DNA of 64,000 nt from an uncultured Pseudomonadales bacterium (GTDB lineage: Bacteria; Patescibacteriota; Microgenomatia; UBA1400; PJMF01). Of this stretch, positions 18,957-28,243 are shown piece by piece (position 1 is the stretch's first letter; the number at the start of each line of letters is the position of its first letter). The stretch is taken from NCBI GenBank assembly GCA_964645645.1, contig CAZYBC010000001.1, positions 6,064 to 70,063 on the forward strand, read 5' to 3'. The notes below the pieces were generated by a model. It was not told where the DNA came from and made no database searches. It saw only the letters and a program-made list of their open reading frames with translations. The position numbers and the translations under genes are program-made.

Positions 18957-19880
18957 ATGACTACAGATGTAATTATCACTACCTATAACGAATCAGACAA
19001 TATTGTTGCCTTATTAAAACATCTCAAACGTCAACACACACCAGCTCAACAAATCATCATTGTGGATAATTGCTCACAAGATAAAACAGCACAATTAATT
19101 TTAGAATTTGCCCAAAAAAATCCTCAACTAAAGATTCAGTTAATCAGCCAAAAAACTACCCGCAGTCAAGCTAGAAATCTAGCTATCCAAAAATCACAAG
19201 CTGATTTAATTGCCATCACTGATGCTGGTTGCTTGCCTCATTCAGATTGGTTAACTAAATTAGTCAATTGCTATCAGCAACAAAGTAAAAAACTCAAAGA
19301 TAAAAATATTGTGATTGCTGGCTTTTACCAAGGTTTAGCTAAAACTGCTTTTGAACAGGCAGTTATTCCTTACGCTTTAGTAATGCCAGATCGCTTAAAT
19401 TTAACTACATTTTTACCAGCTACTCGTTCCCTGTTGTTGCCAAAAAAAGTTTGGCAAACTCTGGGCGGTTTTAATGAAAAGTTAAATTTCAGTGAAGATT
19501 ATGAATTTGCCCAAAGATTAGTTAAACAACAAATTAAAATTGTGGTTGAACCAACAGCTATTGTCGATTGGTTACCAAGAAAAAATTTCTTGCAATTTCT
19601 AAACATGATTTTTAATTTTGCCAAAAGTGATATGTTAGCTAAAACTTATCGACCAAAAGTGGCTTTAATTTTTTTACGTTATTTGCTGGGAATAGCTTTG
19701 TTTTTTTATCAACCTTATTTAGGGTTAACAGTAATTTTACTTTACTTAATGTGGGCCATTAAAAAAAATTATCGTTATGCCAAACAAGCTTGGTTTTATT
19801 TACCACTCTTACAAATCGGCGCTGATTGGGCAGTAATGAGCGGAACTATAACTGGAGGTGTAGAAAGTTGGCTGAAATGA
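18957..19880 (+). CDS. Glycosyltransferase family 2.
   Basis: DVIITTYNESDNIVALL...IIIVDNCSQDKT plus a C-terminal membrane segment. Confidence 0.8.
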   Translation: MTTDVIITTYNESDNIVALLKHLKRQHTPAQQIIIVDNCSQDKTAQLILEFAQKNPQLKIQLISQKTTRSQARNLAIQKSQADLIAITDAGCLPHSDWLTKLVNCYQQQSKKLKDKNIVIAGFYQGLAKTAFEQAVIPYALVMPDRLNLTTFLPATRSLLLPKKVWQTLGGFNEKLNFSEDYEFAQRLVKQQIKIVVEPTAIVDWLPRKNFLQFLNMIFNFAKSDMLAKTYRPKVALIFLRYLLGIALFFYQPYLGLTVILLYLMWAIKKNYRYAKQAWFYLPLLQIGADWAVMSGTITGGVESWLK

Positions 19881-20944
19881 AAATTGTTCACCTAGCTCAA
19901 TTCTATTATCCTCATCTTGGCGGAGTGGAACAACATCTTAATCAGATTAATCAACTTTTAAGTCCAGAGCATCGTGTAACAGTGATCACTCGTCAGCATC
20001 AAAAAAATTTGCCTTTACAAGAAAAAATCGAACAAGTAAATGTATTACGTTTGCCAGTTGATGAGGCCAATAATCCTAAATGGCTGTATAAATTACAACT
20101 TTGGCGAGCGCTGTGGCGATATAAAAAAGTTTTGCAACAAGCTGACATCATTCAAGTTCATGATGTCTTTTTTTGGTTATTACCTTTTTTACCATTCTTA
20201 AAGCGACAAAAAATTTTTATCACTTTTCATGGTTATGAAGGTCATTGTTTACCCAATAAACGCCAAATTTTTTGGCACAAATTAGCCGCTTGGTATTGTC
20301 ACAAAAATCTTTGTATTGGTGATTTTCACCAAAAATGGTACGGGATTAAAGCTGATGCCATTAGTTATGGAGCTGTGGCTGATATTAAGTCACCCCCCAG
20401 TCAATTTGCAAATAATCAGCCACTTAAAATTATTTTTCTGGGTAGATTGGATTACGATACCGGACTAATGACTTATCTAAAAGCTATTCACTTAGCTCAA
20501 AGCCAGCAATTAAAAATTAAACTCGATATTTATGGCGATGGACCATTAATGGCCAAAGCTCAAGATTACGTAAAAACTAATCAGCTACCTGTAAAATTTT
20601 ATGGTTTTATCAAAAATGCCTCCAGCAAACTGCCCAATTATCACTTAACTTTTGCTAGCCAATACTTAAGCATTTTAGAAAGTTTAGCTTATCACATTCC
20701 AGTTATTGCTGTTTACCATAATCAATTAAAAAAAGATTATTTAGCTATGACTCCTTTTGTAAGTTGGATTGAAATTGTAAATGATCAGAACGAAGTTTTT
20801 GATAGACTCAAAAAAATAGCTAAAAACTTAAGCAAAAAAAATCAAACCTTTATTCAACAATTAAAAACTGCTCAACTTTGGGCACAACAACAAAACTGGC
20901 AAAAATTAGCGGAAACATATTTACAACTTTGGGGCCAAACTTGA
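19877..20944 (+). CDS. Glycosyltransferase, GT-B fold (GT1/GT4-like).
   Basis: MKIVHLAQFYYPHLGGVEQHL is the N-terminal GT-B signature. ATG 19877 overlaps the upstream stop (ATGA). Confidence 0.75.
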   Translation: MKIVHLAQFYYPHLGGVEQHLNQINQLLSPEHRVTVITRQHQKNLPLQEKIEQVNVLRLPVDEANNPKWLYKLQLWRALWRYKKVLQQADIIQVHDVFFWLLPFLPFLKRQKIFITFHGYEGHCLPNKRQIFWHKLAAWYCHKNLCIGDFHQKWYGIKADAISYGAVADIKSPPSQFANNQPLKIIFLGRLDYDTGLMTYLKAIHLAQSQQLKIKLDIYGDGPLMAKAQDYVKTNQLPVKFYGFIKNASSKLPNYHLTFASQYLSILESLAYHIPVIAVYHNQLKKDYLAMTPFVSWIEIVNDQNEVFDRLKKIAKNLSKKNQTFIQQLKTAQLWAQQQNWQKLAETYLQLWGQT

Positions 20945-21018
20945 GTTTTCTTAGGCAAAATTTAGCGAGCAAAATTTTTTCTATTTCATAATCAAAAAAT
21001 TAGCAATATAATGCTTTT

Positions 21019-21957
21019 ATGTTAGGTAATCCTACTGAATTTAAATCACAATTTTTTAAGCCTATTGATTTACTTTCACAATCCAACCAAATTCAAACAA
21101 AAGAAACTTCCACACTTGAACATAAACTTAATATAACTACTCTAGATTTGCCTGAAGAAATTAAAGAAGCACTGGTTAAACCTGAATTAGCTGGAATTAA
21201 AGTAAGAGATTTAGGTTACGAAGTTATTCCTCCTCAAGGAAATATTGTGGATACTTTTCCTGAAGAATTAAGAGAGTCTTTACAGATTTGTTTACCTATT
21301 TTTATAAGGTATATAAAAAAAATTCTTTTTACTGATAAATTTATAAGACATGAAAGAGAATCAAAAGCCCAAACTCCACGTCAAATTTTAGAAAAATTAT
21401 TAAAAAAACGTTTTTTTGCTGACAAGGAAACAGAACAAATAAGAGAACAAGATACACAAATTTCTCGTCGTGATTGGAGAAAATTACAAACAACAGAAGT
21501 TCAAAAATTTTTGGAAAATAACCGTATCTCTCTTAATAGTCTATCTACAGTAACAACTGCTCTAAAAATATTAAATGATAAACTACAAACTTTTGATTAT
21601 CCAGATATTGAAATAATAGCTAATTTGATTAATGAAAACAGCCAAACTTTAGTCCAAGAACTTATTGGTTATGCTGACCCAATGACAGAAGTAAAGATAT
21701 CAGCTAAAAAAATTGCTTTAGAATTAGGCCTCCCAATAAATAAATTAGATCAAACAGAATTACTAGAAGAACTCGCTAAATATAATTATTTTCCAGATTC
21801 AGATGGCATGTTTACTCGTAAAGAAGAAATGGAAAATCCTAGCACAGGCTATGACACTTTAACCCTAGAACAAAAACTTGATGTAGTTAATAGAACAACC
21901 CAACTCTGTATCCAAATTTTAAGTCTTTTTGGCTATGAAGCGCTGAAGGTTACTTAA
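21019..21957 (+). CDS. Hypothetical protein.
   Basis: 312-aa ORF with coding-like composition. No recognisable motifs. Confidence 0.5.
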   Translation: MLGNPTEFKSQFFKPIDLLSQSNQIQTKETSTLEHKLNITTLDLPEEIKEALVKPELAGIKVRDLGYEVIPPQGNIVDTFPEELRESLQICLPIFIRYIKKILFTDKFIRHERESKAQTPRQILEKLLKKRFFADKETEQIREQDTQISRRDWRKLQTTEVQKFLENNRISLNSLSTVTTALKILNDKLQTFDYPDIEIIANLINENSQTLVQELIGYADPMTEVKISAKKIALELGLPINKLDQTELLEELAKYNYFPDSDGMFTRKEEMENPSTGYDTLTLEQKLDVVNRTTQLCIQILSLFGYEALKVT

Positions 21958-21995
21958 TAAAAAACGCTCCCGTTTTTGAACGGTGTTTCAGTTGC

Positions 21996-22083
21996 TGGCG
22001 GAAGTGACAGGATTCGAACCTGCGAAGCCCTTTCGGACTCTGGTTTTCAAGACCAGTGCAATTGACCGCTATGCGACACTTCC
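21996..22083 (-). tRNA. tRNA-Ser (anticodon TGA), CCA encoded.
   Basis: Type II tRNA. Acceptor GGAAGTG/CACTTCC, anticodon stem CTGGT/ACCAG with loop CTTGAAA, long variable arm, T-arm GCAGG-TTCGAAT-CCTGT, then G-CCA. Confidence 0.85.
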
Positions 22084-22160
22084 TTATTTTTAACTTTAAT
22101 ACTGTATTTTAACATTTTAGCTGGTTTCAAGCAGAGTAAAATTCGTGTATATTATTATTA

Positions 22161-22817
22161 ATGATTGAGCCAACTTCTTCATCCAGCGATTATCTTCAGA
22201 ATCCTAATGCTGAACAAACAACTCAGCCAGCTAATACAGCCGTGGATTCTACAGCTACTCAGCCTAATCCTTACTTGCCTCCTGATTATCAAATGCAAGA
22301 ATCTTTAGTTGCTCCAGGCATGATGAAACCATTACCAGAAGAAGAAATTCTGGTTTGGCAAGCGCCTAGCCGACCATTTAAAAAACAAAAACGTAAATTT
22401 TTTAGCACCATTATTGTTATCGGTTTACTAGTTTCTTTAATTTTTTTCTTTGCCGGACAAGGTTTATTACCAACTGCCGTGATTGGCGCCGTAATTTTTT
22501 TGGTTTATGTGCTCTATACTATCCCACCTCAATTAATTACTCATAAAATTACTACCTATGGTATTAGAGTAGAAGACTCTCTCTATTATTGGGAAGAATT
22601 AGGCCGCTTTTGGTTTGAAACAAAACATCAACAACGAATCTTACTAATTGAAACAGTGCGCTTTCCAGGTAGAGTTACTTTGCTTTTAGGAGATCAAACC
22701 GAAGATACCTTAAAAATGATTTTATCTGAAGTGCTACTTAATAAAAGACCACCACTGACTTTTTTTGAAAAAGCCGCTAAGTGGCTGGGCAAAAAAGTTC
22801 CCTTAGATTTTGAATAA
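22161..22817 (+). CDS. Hypothetical membrane protein (two TM helices, PH-like C-terminal region).
   Basis: 218-aa ORF with a hydrophobic segment FFSTIIVIGLLVSLIFFFAG...AVIGAVIFLVYVLY. Confidence 0.5.
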   Translation: MIEPTSSSSDYLQNPNAEQTTQPANTAVDSTATQPNPYLPPDYQMQESLVAPGMMKPLPEEEILVWQAPSRPFKKQKRKFFSTIIVIGLLVSLIFFFAGQGLLPTAVIGAVIFLVYVLYTIPPQLITHKITTYGIRVEDSLYYWEELGRFWFETKHQQRILLIETVRFPGRVTLLLGDQTEDTLKMILSEVLLNKRPPLTFFEKAAKWLGKKVPLDFE

Positions 22818-22824
22818 AAAATTG

Positions 22825-23475
22825 TTAATTTAAGCTCTGTAATTTTTGAAAAGCTGTATATAATTCTTTTTTTACCACAGATGTATTTATCTCTAAAGAA
22901 TGTTTTTCAAATAATTGCTGTAACTGATGATGTTGCTGAGAATGATTTTGCCAATAGCTAGGACTAATTTGCAGTACTTTTAATAATAAATCTCCAGGGT
23001 ATAAGTCACCTTCAACCAAAATATTTTTGTCTAAAATTTCCAAAGCAATCGGTATAATAATGTCTAAAGCCAAACTTTGGCCAATTAATAAACGTAATTG
23101 TTCGATACTTAAATTTCTCAATGGAATTTTGCCACAAGCTTTAATTTTATTAATTAATTCTGATTCAAAATCAAATTTTTCCCAATCCGATCCCAATAAT
23201 TGTTCTAAAGTTTTAAAACGCTCATCATTGGGAGGATTCTTAACATTTATGAATCTAGATTCTAACGTTCCCAATGAATGAGGAGCCAATAAATTTTTTA
23301 GCTCTTGCTCATCAATGATTTTTTGTTCATCCTGACCGGTTTGATAATTTCTTAGCCAATACTGATATTGGCCATTACCTAAATAACGTAAACCCCACTC
23401 ATCTTCTTGATGACGAGTATAAAACTCTACACCTGGCTGTTGCAGACGATTTAAAAAGGAGTTAAGGGTTAACAT
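22825..23475 (-). CDS. Hypothetical protein.
   Basis: 216-aa ORF with no recognisable motif. Confidence 0.45.
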   Translation of the reverse strand: MLTLNSFLNRLQQPGVEFYTRHQEDEWGLRYLGNGQYQYWLRNYQTGQDEQKIIDEQELKNLLAPHSLGTLESRFINVKNPPNDERFKTLEQLLGSDWEKFDFESELINKIKACGKIPLRNLSIEQLRLLIGQSLALDIIIPIALEILDKNILVEGDLYPGDLLLKVLQISPSYWQNHSQQHHQLQQLFEKHSLEINTSVVKKELYTAFQKLQSLN

Positions 23476-23478
23476 ACC

Positions 23479-24009
23479 TTATTTATACAACACTTTTGCC
23501 AATTCTGTTTGCAGAAATTCTGTACTCTTGCCCCATTTTAAGTATTGAGTTAAATCTTTTAAATCAACAAATAATTGATGTTTAACATCGCCATAATCAG
23601 GATCTACAATAAATTTATCTTGCTTAGCAATTTTAGTTAAAAACCTCACTTGCGTTTCACGATATTGCCAACCTTGTTGATAATGATAAACTTCCTGAAA
23701 AAAGAATGGTTCAATAAAATTCTCATCTACAACAATAGCCGACTCTTCGTAAACTTCACGTTTTAATGTATCAATGAAATTTTCACCTTCTTCCATACCT
23801 CCACCAGGCAACATCCATTCTTGATCAGCCTTAGCCACAAGTAAAAGTTGATTTTGAGAGTTAAGCACTAACCCAGAAACTTGTTTAATATGATGGTTAT
23901 TAAGTTCAGTAAAAGAAGAAGTTAAATAAAGGTCAAAACGGTATAAGTCATTATTAACTTGAACTTCTTGTTGAAGGGAAGGTAGGTGGTTAAATGGTAT
24001 GTTTTTCAC
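23479..24009 (-). CDS. NUDIX hydrolase.
   Basis: Nudix box: LPGGGMEEGENFIDTLKREVYEESAIVV. Confidence 0.8.
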   Translation of the reverse strand: MKNIPFNHLPSLQQEVQVNNDLYRFDLYLTSSFTELNNHHIKQVSGLVLNSQNQLLLVAKADQEWMLPGGGMEEGENFIDTLKREVYEESAIVVDENFIEPFFFQEVYHYQQGWQYRETQVRFLTKIAKQDKFIVDPDYGDVKHQLFVDLKDLTQYLKWGKSTEFLQTELAKVLYK

Positions 24010-24092
24010 TTTGTTTTAAATAATTATCTAAATAATATGACAAGTTCAATTGTTAGAAAAAATTTTTTAAAACAATCTCTTTTAATATCTAA

Positions 24093-24581
24093 CTAAATCT
24101 CTTGCGTAAAAACAGTCACTCGCTCATGTTTACGATTAAGAGTATCTATAAAACCAAGAGTTACAGAATCAGCAGAAGCTTCAACCGTATAAACTCCTTG
24201 AACACTTATTCCAAGTTTAGCCCCTGCCATATCATTTTTAACTTTAGCAAGAACTTTTTCAATAGAATCTGGATCAAAATTTTCTACTGCATAGAAACCA
24301 TAATGAGCTAATCTAGCAAGATTCATTGTTTCAGTAATTTTACCAGCTTCTGTTAATGAAGCGATGTGAAATCCCATCCCCATCCCAACTTCAACAAAAT
24401 TGCTAGGGACAGCTTCATTCATTAAAACTTTAATATATTTACCTCCTGATAAAGCTTTAACTCCATCTATAAAATGTTTGCCTTTATTGTGCAAAAATCT
24501 AATCAATCCATTCATTTGTTCTTCATCTTTGGTATTGTCATGAAGTAATTCAACATAAGGTGGTTTAATCTTCTCGGACAT
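24093..24581 (-). CDS. Hypothetical protein.
   Basis: 162-aa ORF. Confidence 0.45.
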   Translation of the reverse strand: MSEKIKPPYVELLHDNTKDEEQMNGLIRFLHNKGKHFIDGVKALSGGKYIKVLMNEAVPSNFVEVGMGMGFHIASLTEAGKITETMNLARLAHYGFYAVENFDPDSIEKVLAKVKNDMAGAKLGISVQGVYTVEASADSVTLGFIDTLNRKHERVTVFTQEI

Positions 24582-24614
24582 TTCTCCTTTAAAATTGGGT
24601 TAAATAAAACTTTG

Positions 24615-24688
24615 TCGGGCTGACAGGACTCGAACCTGCGACCTCTCGCACCCCATGCGAACGCTCTAGCCATCTGAGCTACAGCCCG
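24615..24688 (-). tRNA. tRNA-Pro (anticodon GGG).
   Basis: Acceptor CGGGCTG/CAGCCCG, D-arm GCTC-AGATGGCTA-GAGC, anticodon stem TTCGC/GCGAG with loop ATGGGGT (U33, GGG, G37), T-arm GCAGG-TTCGAGT-CCTGT, discriminator A. Confidence 0.8.
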
Positions 24689-24930
24689 TTTAAATCTGAA
24701 CTATTAATCTGCCCGTTGGCAACAAAGTTATTTTACACCATTTGTCGCAAATTAAAGATATAAGAAAATAATTGTAACCACTTTCTTAATTGTCAGTTAA
24801 ACCGTCAGCTAAAAGCTTAAACTAAATTTAACATTCAAAAATATTATAAATTAGTGGTTCTCAATCACCTGTAACTGTACTATATTTAGAAAAAACCCTA
24901 AAAAAGTACAAAGCAGTTAAAAAAGGATTT

Positions 24931-25980
24931 ATGAACAAAAAACCTCAAGAAAAACAAGAAAAAACCGATAAAGTAACCCCAGTAGTTGATACTGGCCGTT
25001 CTCAGGCTGTTAGTATCGCTATGCAACAAATTGAAAAACAATTTGGTAAAGGTTCAATCATGAGGATGGGTGAATCTTTACGTGATATGCCTAAAATTCC
25101 AGTGGTTTCTACTGGTTCTTTAGCTCTTAACTTAGCTTTAGGCGTGGGTGGTTATCCTAAGGGAAGAATCATTGAAATTTATGGTCCTGAAGCTTCTGGT
25201 AAAACTACTTTATGTTTACATGCTATTGCTGAAATTCAAAAAAATGGTGGCACTGCTGCTTTTATTGATGTAGAACATGCGCTTGATCCAGTTAGAGCAG
25301 AAAAAATTGGCGTTGATTTAGAAAATCTCTTAATTTCTCAGCCAGACTATGGTGAACAAGCCTTAGAAATTGCTGAAACTTTAATTAGATCCGGTGGAGT
25401 TGATATTTTAATTATCGACTCAGTTGCCGCCTTAGTCCCTAAATCTGAGATAGAAGGTGAAATGGGAGCTTCACAAATGGGCGTTCAAGCTCGTTTAATG
25501 TCACAAGCCATGAGAAAACTTACTGCGGCAATTAATAAAACTAAAACTTTGGTAGTTTTTACCAATCAAATCCGTAATAAAATTGGCGTCATGTTTGGTA
25601 GCCCTGAAACTACCACTGGTGGTAATGCCCTAAAATTCTATGCCTCCGTGCGTTTAGATGTTAGAAAAATAGGCAATATCCAAGAAGGCGAAAACGTCAT
25701 TGGCAGTCGCCATCGCGTTAAAGTCAAAAAAAATAAAGTAGCCCCTCCTTTTAAAATGGCTGAGTTCGACATGGATATTAATGGTATTTCTAGAGTTGGA
25801 GATGTGGTTGATATTGGAGTTGAGAAAAAAGTTTTAGAGAAAGCTGGAAGTTTTTACAAATATCATGGCGAAGTTTTAGCTCAAGGTAGAGAAGCTACTA
25901 AAGATGTTCTTAAAGAAAATGAAAAATTAATGAAAGAAATAGAAAAAGAGATTTGGCAAAAAATCCAAGAAACTATGTAA
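24931..25980 (+). CDS. recA: Recombinase RecA.
   Basis: [17 protein letters not shown] (Walker A), LIIDSVAAL, and conserved loop L1/L2 regions. 349 aa. The start is preceded by the SD AAAAAGGA. Confidence 0.95.
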   Translation: MNKKPQEKQEKTDKVTPVVDTGRSQAVSIAMQQIEKQFGKGSIMRMGESLRDMPKIPVVSTGSLALNLALGVGGYPKGRIIEIYGPEASGKTTLCLHAIAEIQKNGGTAAFIDVEHALDPVRAEKIGVDLENLLISQPDYGEQALEIAETLIRSGGVDILIIDSVAALVPKSEIEGEMGASQMGVQARLMSQAMRKLTAAINKTKTLVVFTNQIRNKIGVMFGSPETTTGGNALKFYASVRLDVRKIGNIQEGENVIGSRHRVKVKKNKVAPPFKMAEFDMDINGISRVGDVVDIGVEKKVLEKAGSFYKYHGEVLAQGREATKDVLKENEKLMKEIEKEIWQKIQETM

Positions 25981-26270
25981 TCTCTATTTGCGTAATTAAT
26001 ATGCAAATAAATTAACATTGAAAAATCAAGTTATTTTTTAATAACCAGATCTTTTTCTAAAATTGACTAAGTCAAGATAAAAAGTTATAATAATTTACTT
26101 TTGAAACAGAGTCTAATAACTAGCAAAAGTCAAGAACAATAAATGAAATTAGCATTAGTAAATACAAATAAAATCTTTTATTCTTCTAGGGGTCGAGCTA
26201 AATAAGTCTTTCTTATTTATTACTCCACTCTTTTTATTGATTTAAGCTCAACGTGTTTCAAAGGGACAGT

Positions 26271-26307
26271 AGACTTACTGCGAAATAAAATTTCGTAGCG
26301 TAAGTCT
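26271..26307. repeat. MITE/REP-like repeat, copy B (37 bp, internally deleted).
   Basis: The first 30 nt are identical to copy A and are joined to the last 7 nt (TAAGTCT). Located between recA and rny. Confidence 0.8.
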
Positions 26308-26336
26308 AATTATCTAAACTGTTTAAGAAAGGCATT

Positions 26337-27947
26337 ATGTCATTTTTTGGAAATTTATCAAATCTTTTTAACGCGGATAGTGTTAAAAACGCTCCAGAAC
26401 AAAAACCAGAATTAAGTAAAAAAATCTTTGCTAAGAAAAAAGTTCTAACTAAAAAACCAGCTAAAGCTGCTCCTGGATTAAACCCTAATCAGATTAAGCA
26501 ACTTAAAGATCAGGCTATCAGAGAAGCTCAAATTGAAGCTGATGCTCAAGTAAGAGAAGCCAAAGCCAAGGCTAGAGAAATCATTGTTGAGGCTAAAGAC
26601 GAAGCTTTAGCAATTCGCTCTGATTCTGAAAAAAAAGCTAGAGAACTAGAACAACAATTAGTCAAACAACAAACTATTCTCGAAGGCAAACTAGATAGAT
26701 TGGACAACCGTTTCAACCAAATGGATGAAAAGGAAAAAAATCTTTCTAAACAACGCGAAGAATTAAATAAAATTAAAGAAGAATTAGAAAAACAAAAGGC
26801 TAAAACTCTCAAGAAACTTGAAGAAGTTTCTTCCATGACTAAAGATGAAGCCAAAACTGTTTTATTTGATGGTTTAGAAAAAAAACTTCGTAAAGAAATG
26901 GCACAAGTTATCCGCCAAACTCAAGAAGAAGCAAAAAGTGAAGCTGATTTAAGAGCTAAAGAAATTTTAATTGATGCCATGAAACATGGGGCAACTGATT
27001 ATGTTGCTGAATACACTGTTTCTACAGTGGAATTACCTAGTGAAGAAGTCAAAGGTAAAATCATTGGTAAATCAGGTCGCAATATTCACACCTTTGAAAA
27101 AGTTACTGGTGTAGATGTCGATCTTGATTCTTCTGTGACTGAAGTTAAATTGTCTTGTTTTGATCCAATCAGAAGAGAAATTGCTAAAGTTTCTATGGAA
27201 AGATTAATTAAAGATGGTCGTATTCAACCAGCAAGAATTGAAGAAGTTGTAGAAAAAGTCAAAGCTGAAATTGATAAAACTATTTTTGAAGCTGGTCGTT
27301 ATCTTTGCCACGAGGTTGGTGTTTATAACATTCCTCATGGTTTAATGAAAATTTTAGGTCGTTTTAAATATCGTTTCTCTTATGGTCAAAATATGATTTC
27401 TCACACTTTAGAAGAAACTAAATTGGGGATTAAATTAGCACATGAATTAGGTGTTGACGTTAATGTTGTCAAATTAGGTTGTTTATTGCATGATGTGGGT
27501 AAAGTTTCTGAAGAAACAGAAGGTAGCCACGTTGAATTAGGTGTCAAAATTGCTAAGCAATATAGCATGCCAAAAGAAGTGATTGATTGTATCGCTCAAC
27601 ACCATGAGGATGTGCCTTTTTCTGGCTTAGAACAAATTGTTGTTTACATTGCCGATGCTATTTCTGGAGCTAGACCAGGTGCTCGCTATGAAAACTTAGA
27701 TGAGTATGTTAAACGTCTAGAAACTTTAGAAGAAATTGCCACTGCTCATAAAGAAGTTAAAGAAGCTTTTGCTATTCAAGCTGGTCGTGAATTAAGAGTT
27801 ATCTTAACACCAGAACAATCTAAAGAAGATGATGTTACTGCCATTTCTTTAAAAATCAAAGATGAGGTGCAAGAAAAAGTCACTTTCCCTGGGACTGTAA
27901 AAATTACAGTTATTCGTGAAACTCGAGCAACCAGTGAGGCTAAATAA
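26337..27947 (+). CDS. rny: Ribonuclease Y (coiled-coil, KH and HD domains).
   Basis: KH domain: GKIIGKSGRNI. HD domain: LLHDVGK...HH. 536 aa with an N-terminal TM/coiled-coil. Confidence 0.9.
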   Translation: MSFFGNLSNLFNADSVKNAPEQKPELSKKIFAKKKVLTKKPAKAAPGLNPNQIKQLKDQAIREAQIEADAQVREAKAKAREIIVEAKDEALAIRSDSEKKARELEQQLVKQQTILEGKLDRLDNRFNQMDEKEKNLSKQREELNKIKEELEKQKAKTLKKLEEVSSMTKDEAKTVLFDGLEKKLRKEMAQVIRQTQEEAKSEADLRAKEILIDAMKHGATDYVAEYTVSTVELPSEEVKGKIIGKSGRNIHTFEKVTGVDVDLDSSVTEVKLSCFDPIRREIAKVSMERLIKDGRIQPARIEEVVEKVKAEIDKTIFEAGRYLCHEVGVYNIPHGLMKILGRFKYRFSYGQNMISHTLEETKLGIKLAHELGVDVNVVKLGCLLHDVGKVSEETEGSHVELGVKIAKQYSMPKEVIDCIAQHHEDVPFSGLEQIVVYIADAISGARPGARYENLDEYVKRLETLEEIATAHKEVKEAFAIQAGRELRVILTPEQSKEDDVTAISLKIKDEVQEKVTFPGTVKITVIRETRATSEAK

Positions 27948-27960
27948 TAATTATTAATCT

Positions 27961-27996
27961 AACTAGTAATGAGGGTGTTTTCCCTTATTACTAGTT
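27961..27996 (+). other. Long stem-loop between rny and secG.
   Basis: AACTAGTAATGAGGG-TGTTTT-CCCTTATTACTAGTT is a 15-bp stem with one G.T pair. No T-run follows it. Confidence 0.5.
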
Positions 27997-28020
27997 AGTA
28001 AAAACTTATATAATAGAATC

Positions 28021-28239
28021 ATGAAAAATATTTTTTCAGTTTTACAAATTGTGCTTTCAGTAATCTTGGTCATTTTTATTTTGATGCAAGCTCAAGGTTC
28101 TGGTTTAGGAACAACTTGGAATGGCGGCGGTGAGACTTATCATACTCGCAGAGGTTTAGAAAAAGTTATTTTTTACGCCACAATTGTGGGGATTGCCCTC
28201 TTTGCAATAGTGTCAATTTTAGCGGCAATCAATCAATAA
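28021..28239 (+). CDS. secG: Preprotein translocase subunit SecG.
   Basis: 72 aa, two TM helices, MQAQGSGLG...GGGE...RRGLEK matches the SecG pattern. Confidence 0.75.
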   Translation: MKNIFSVLQIVLSVILVIFILMQAQGSGLGTTWNGGGETYHTRRGLEKVIFYATIVGIALFAIVSILAAINQ

Positions 28240-28243
28240 AAAA

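Noticed and set aside
21961-21990. CCGTTTTTGAACGG small palindrome after the 312-aa ORF.
   Set aside because: The stem is 5 bp, mostly A/T-flanked, with no clear U-tract. It is at best a weak terminator and not worth a feature call.
24689-24930. LexA/SOS box upstream of recA.
   Set aside because: No convincing CTGT-N8-ACAG or GAAC-N4-GTTC palindrome was found. CTGTAACTGTAC is only a partial resemblance.
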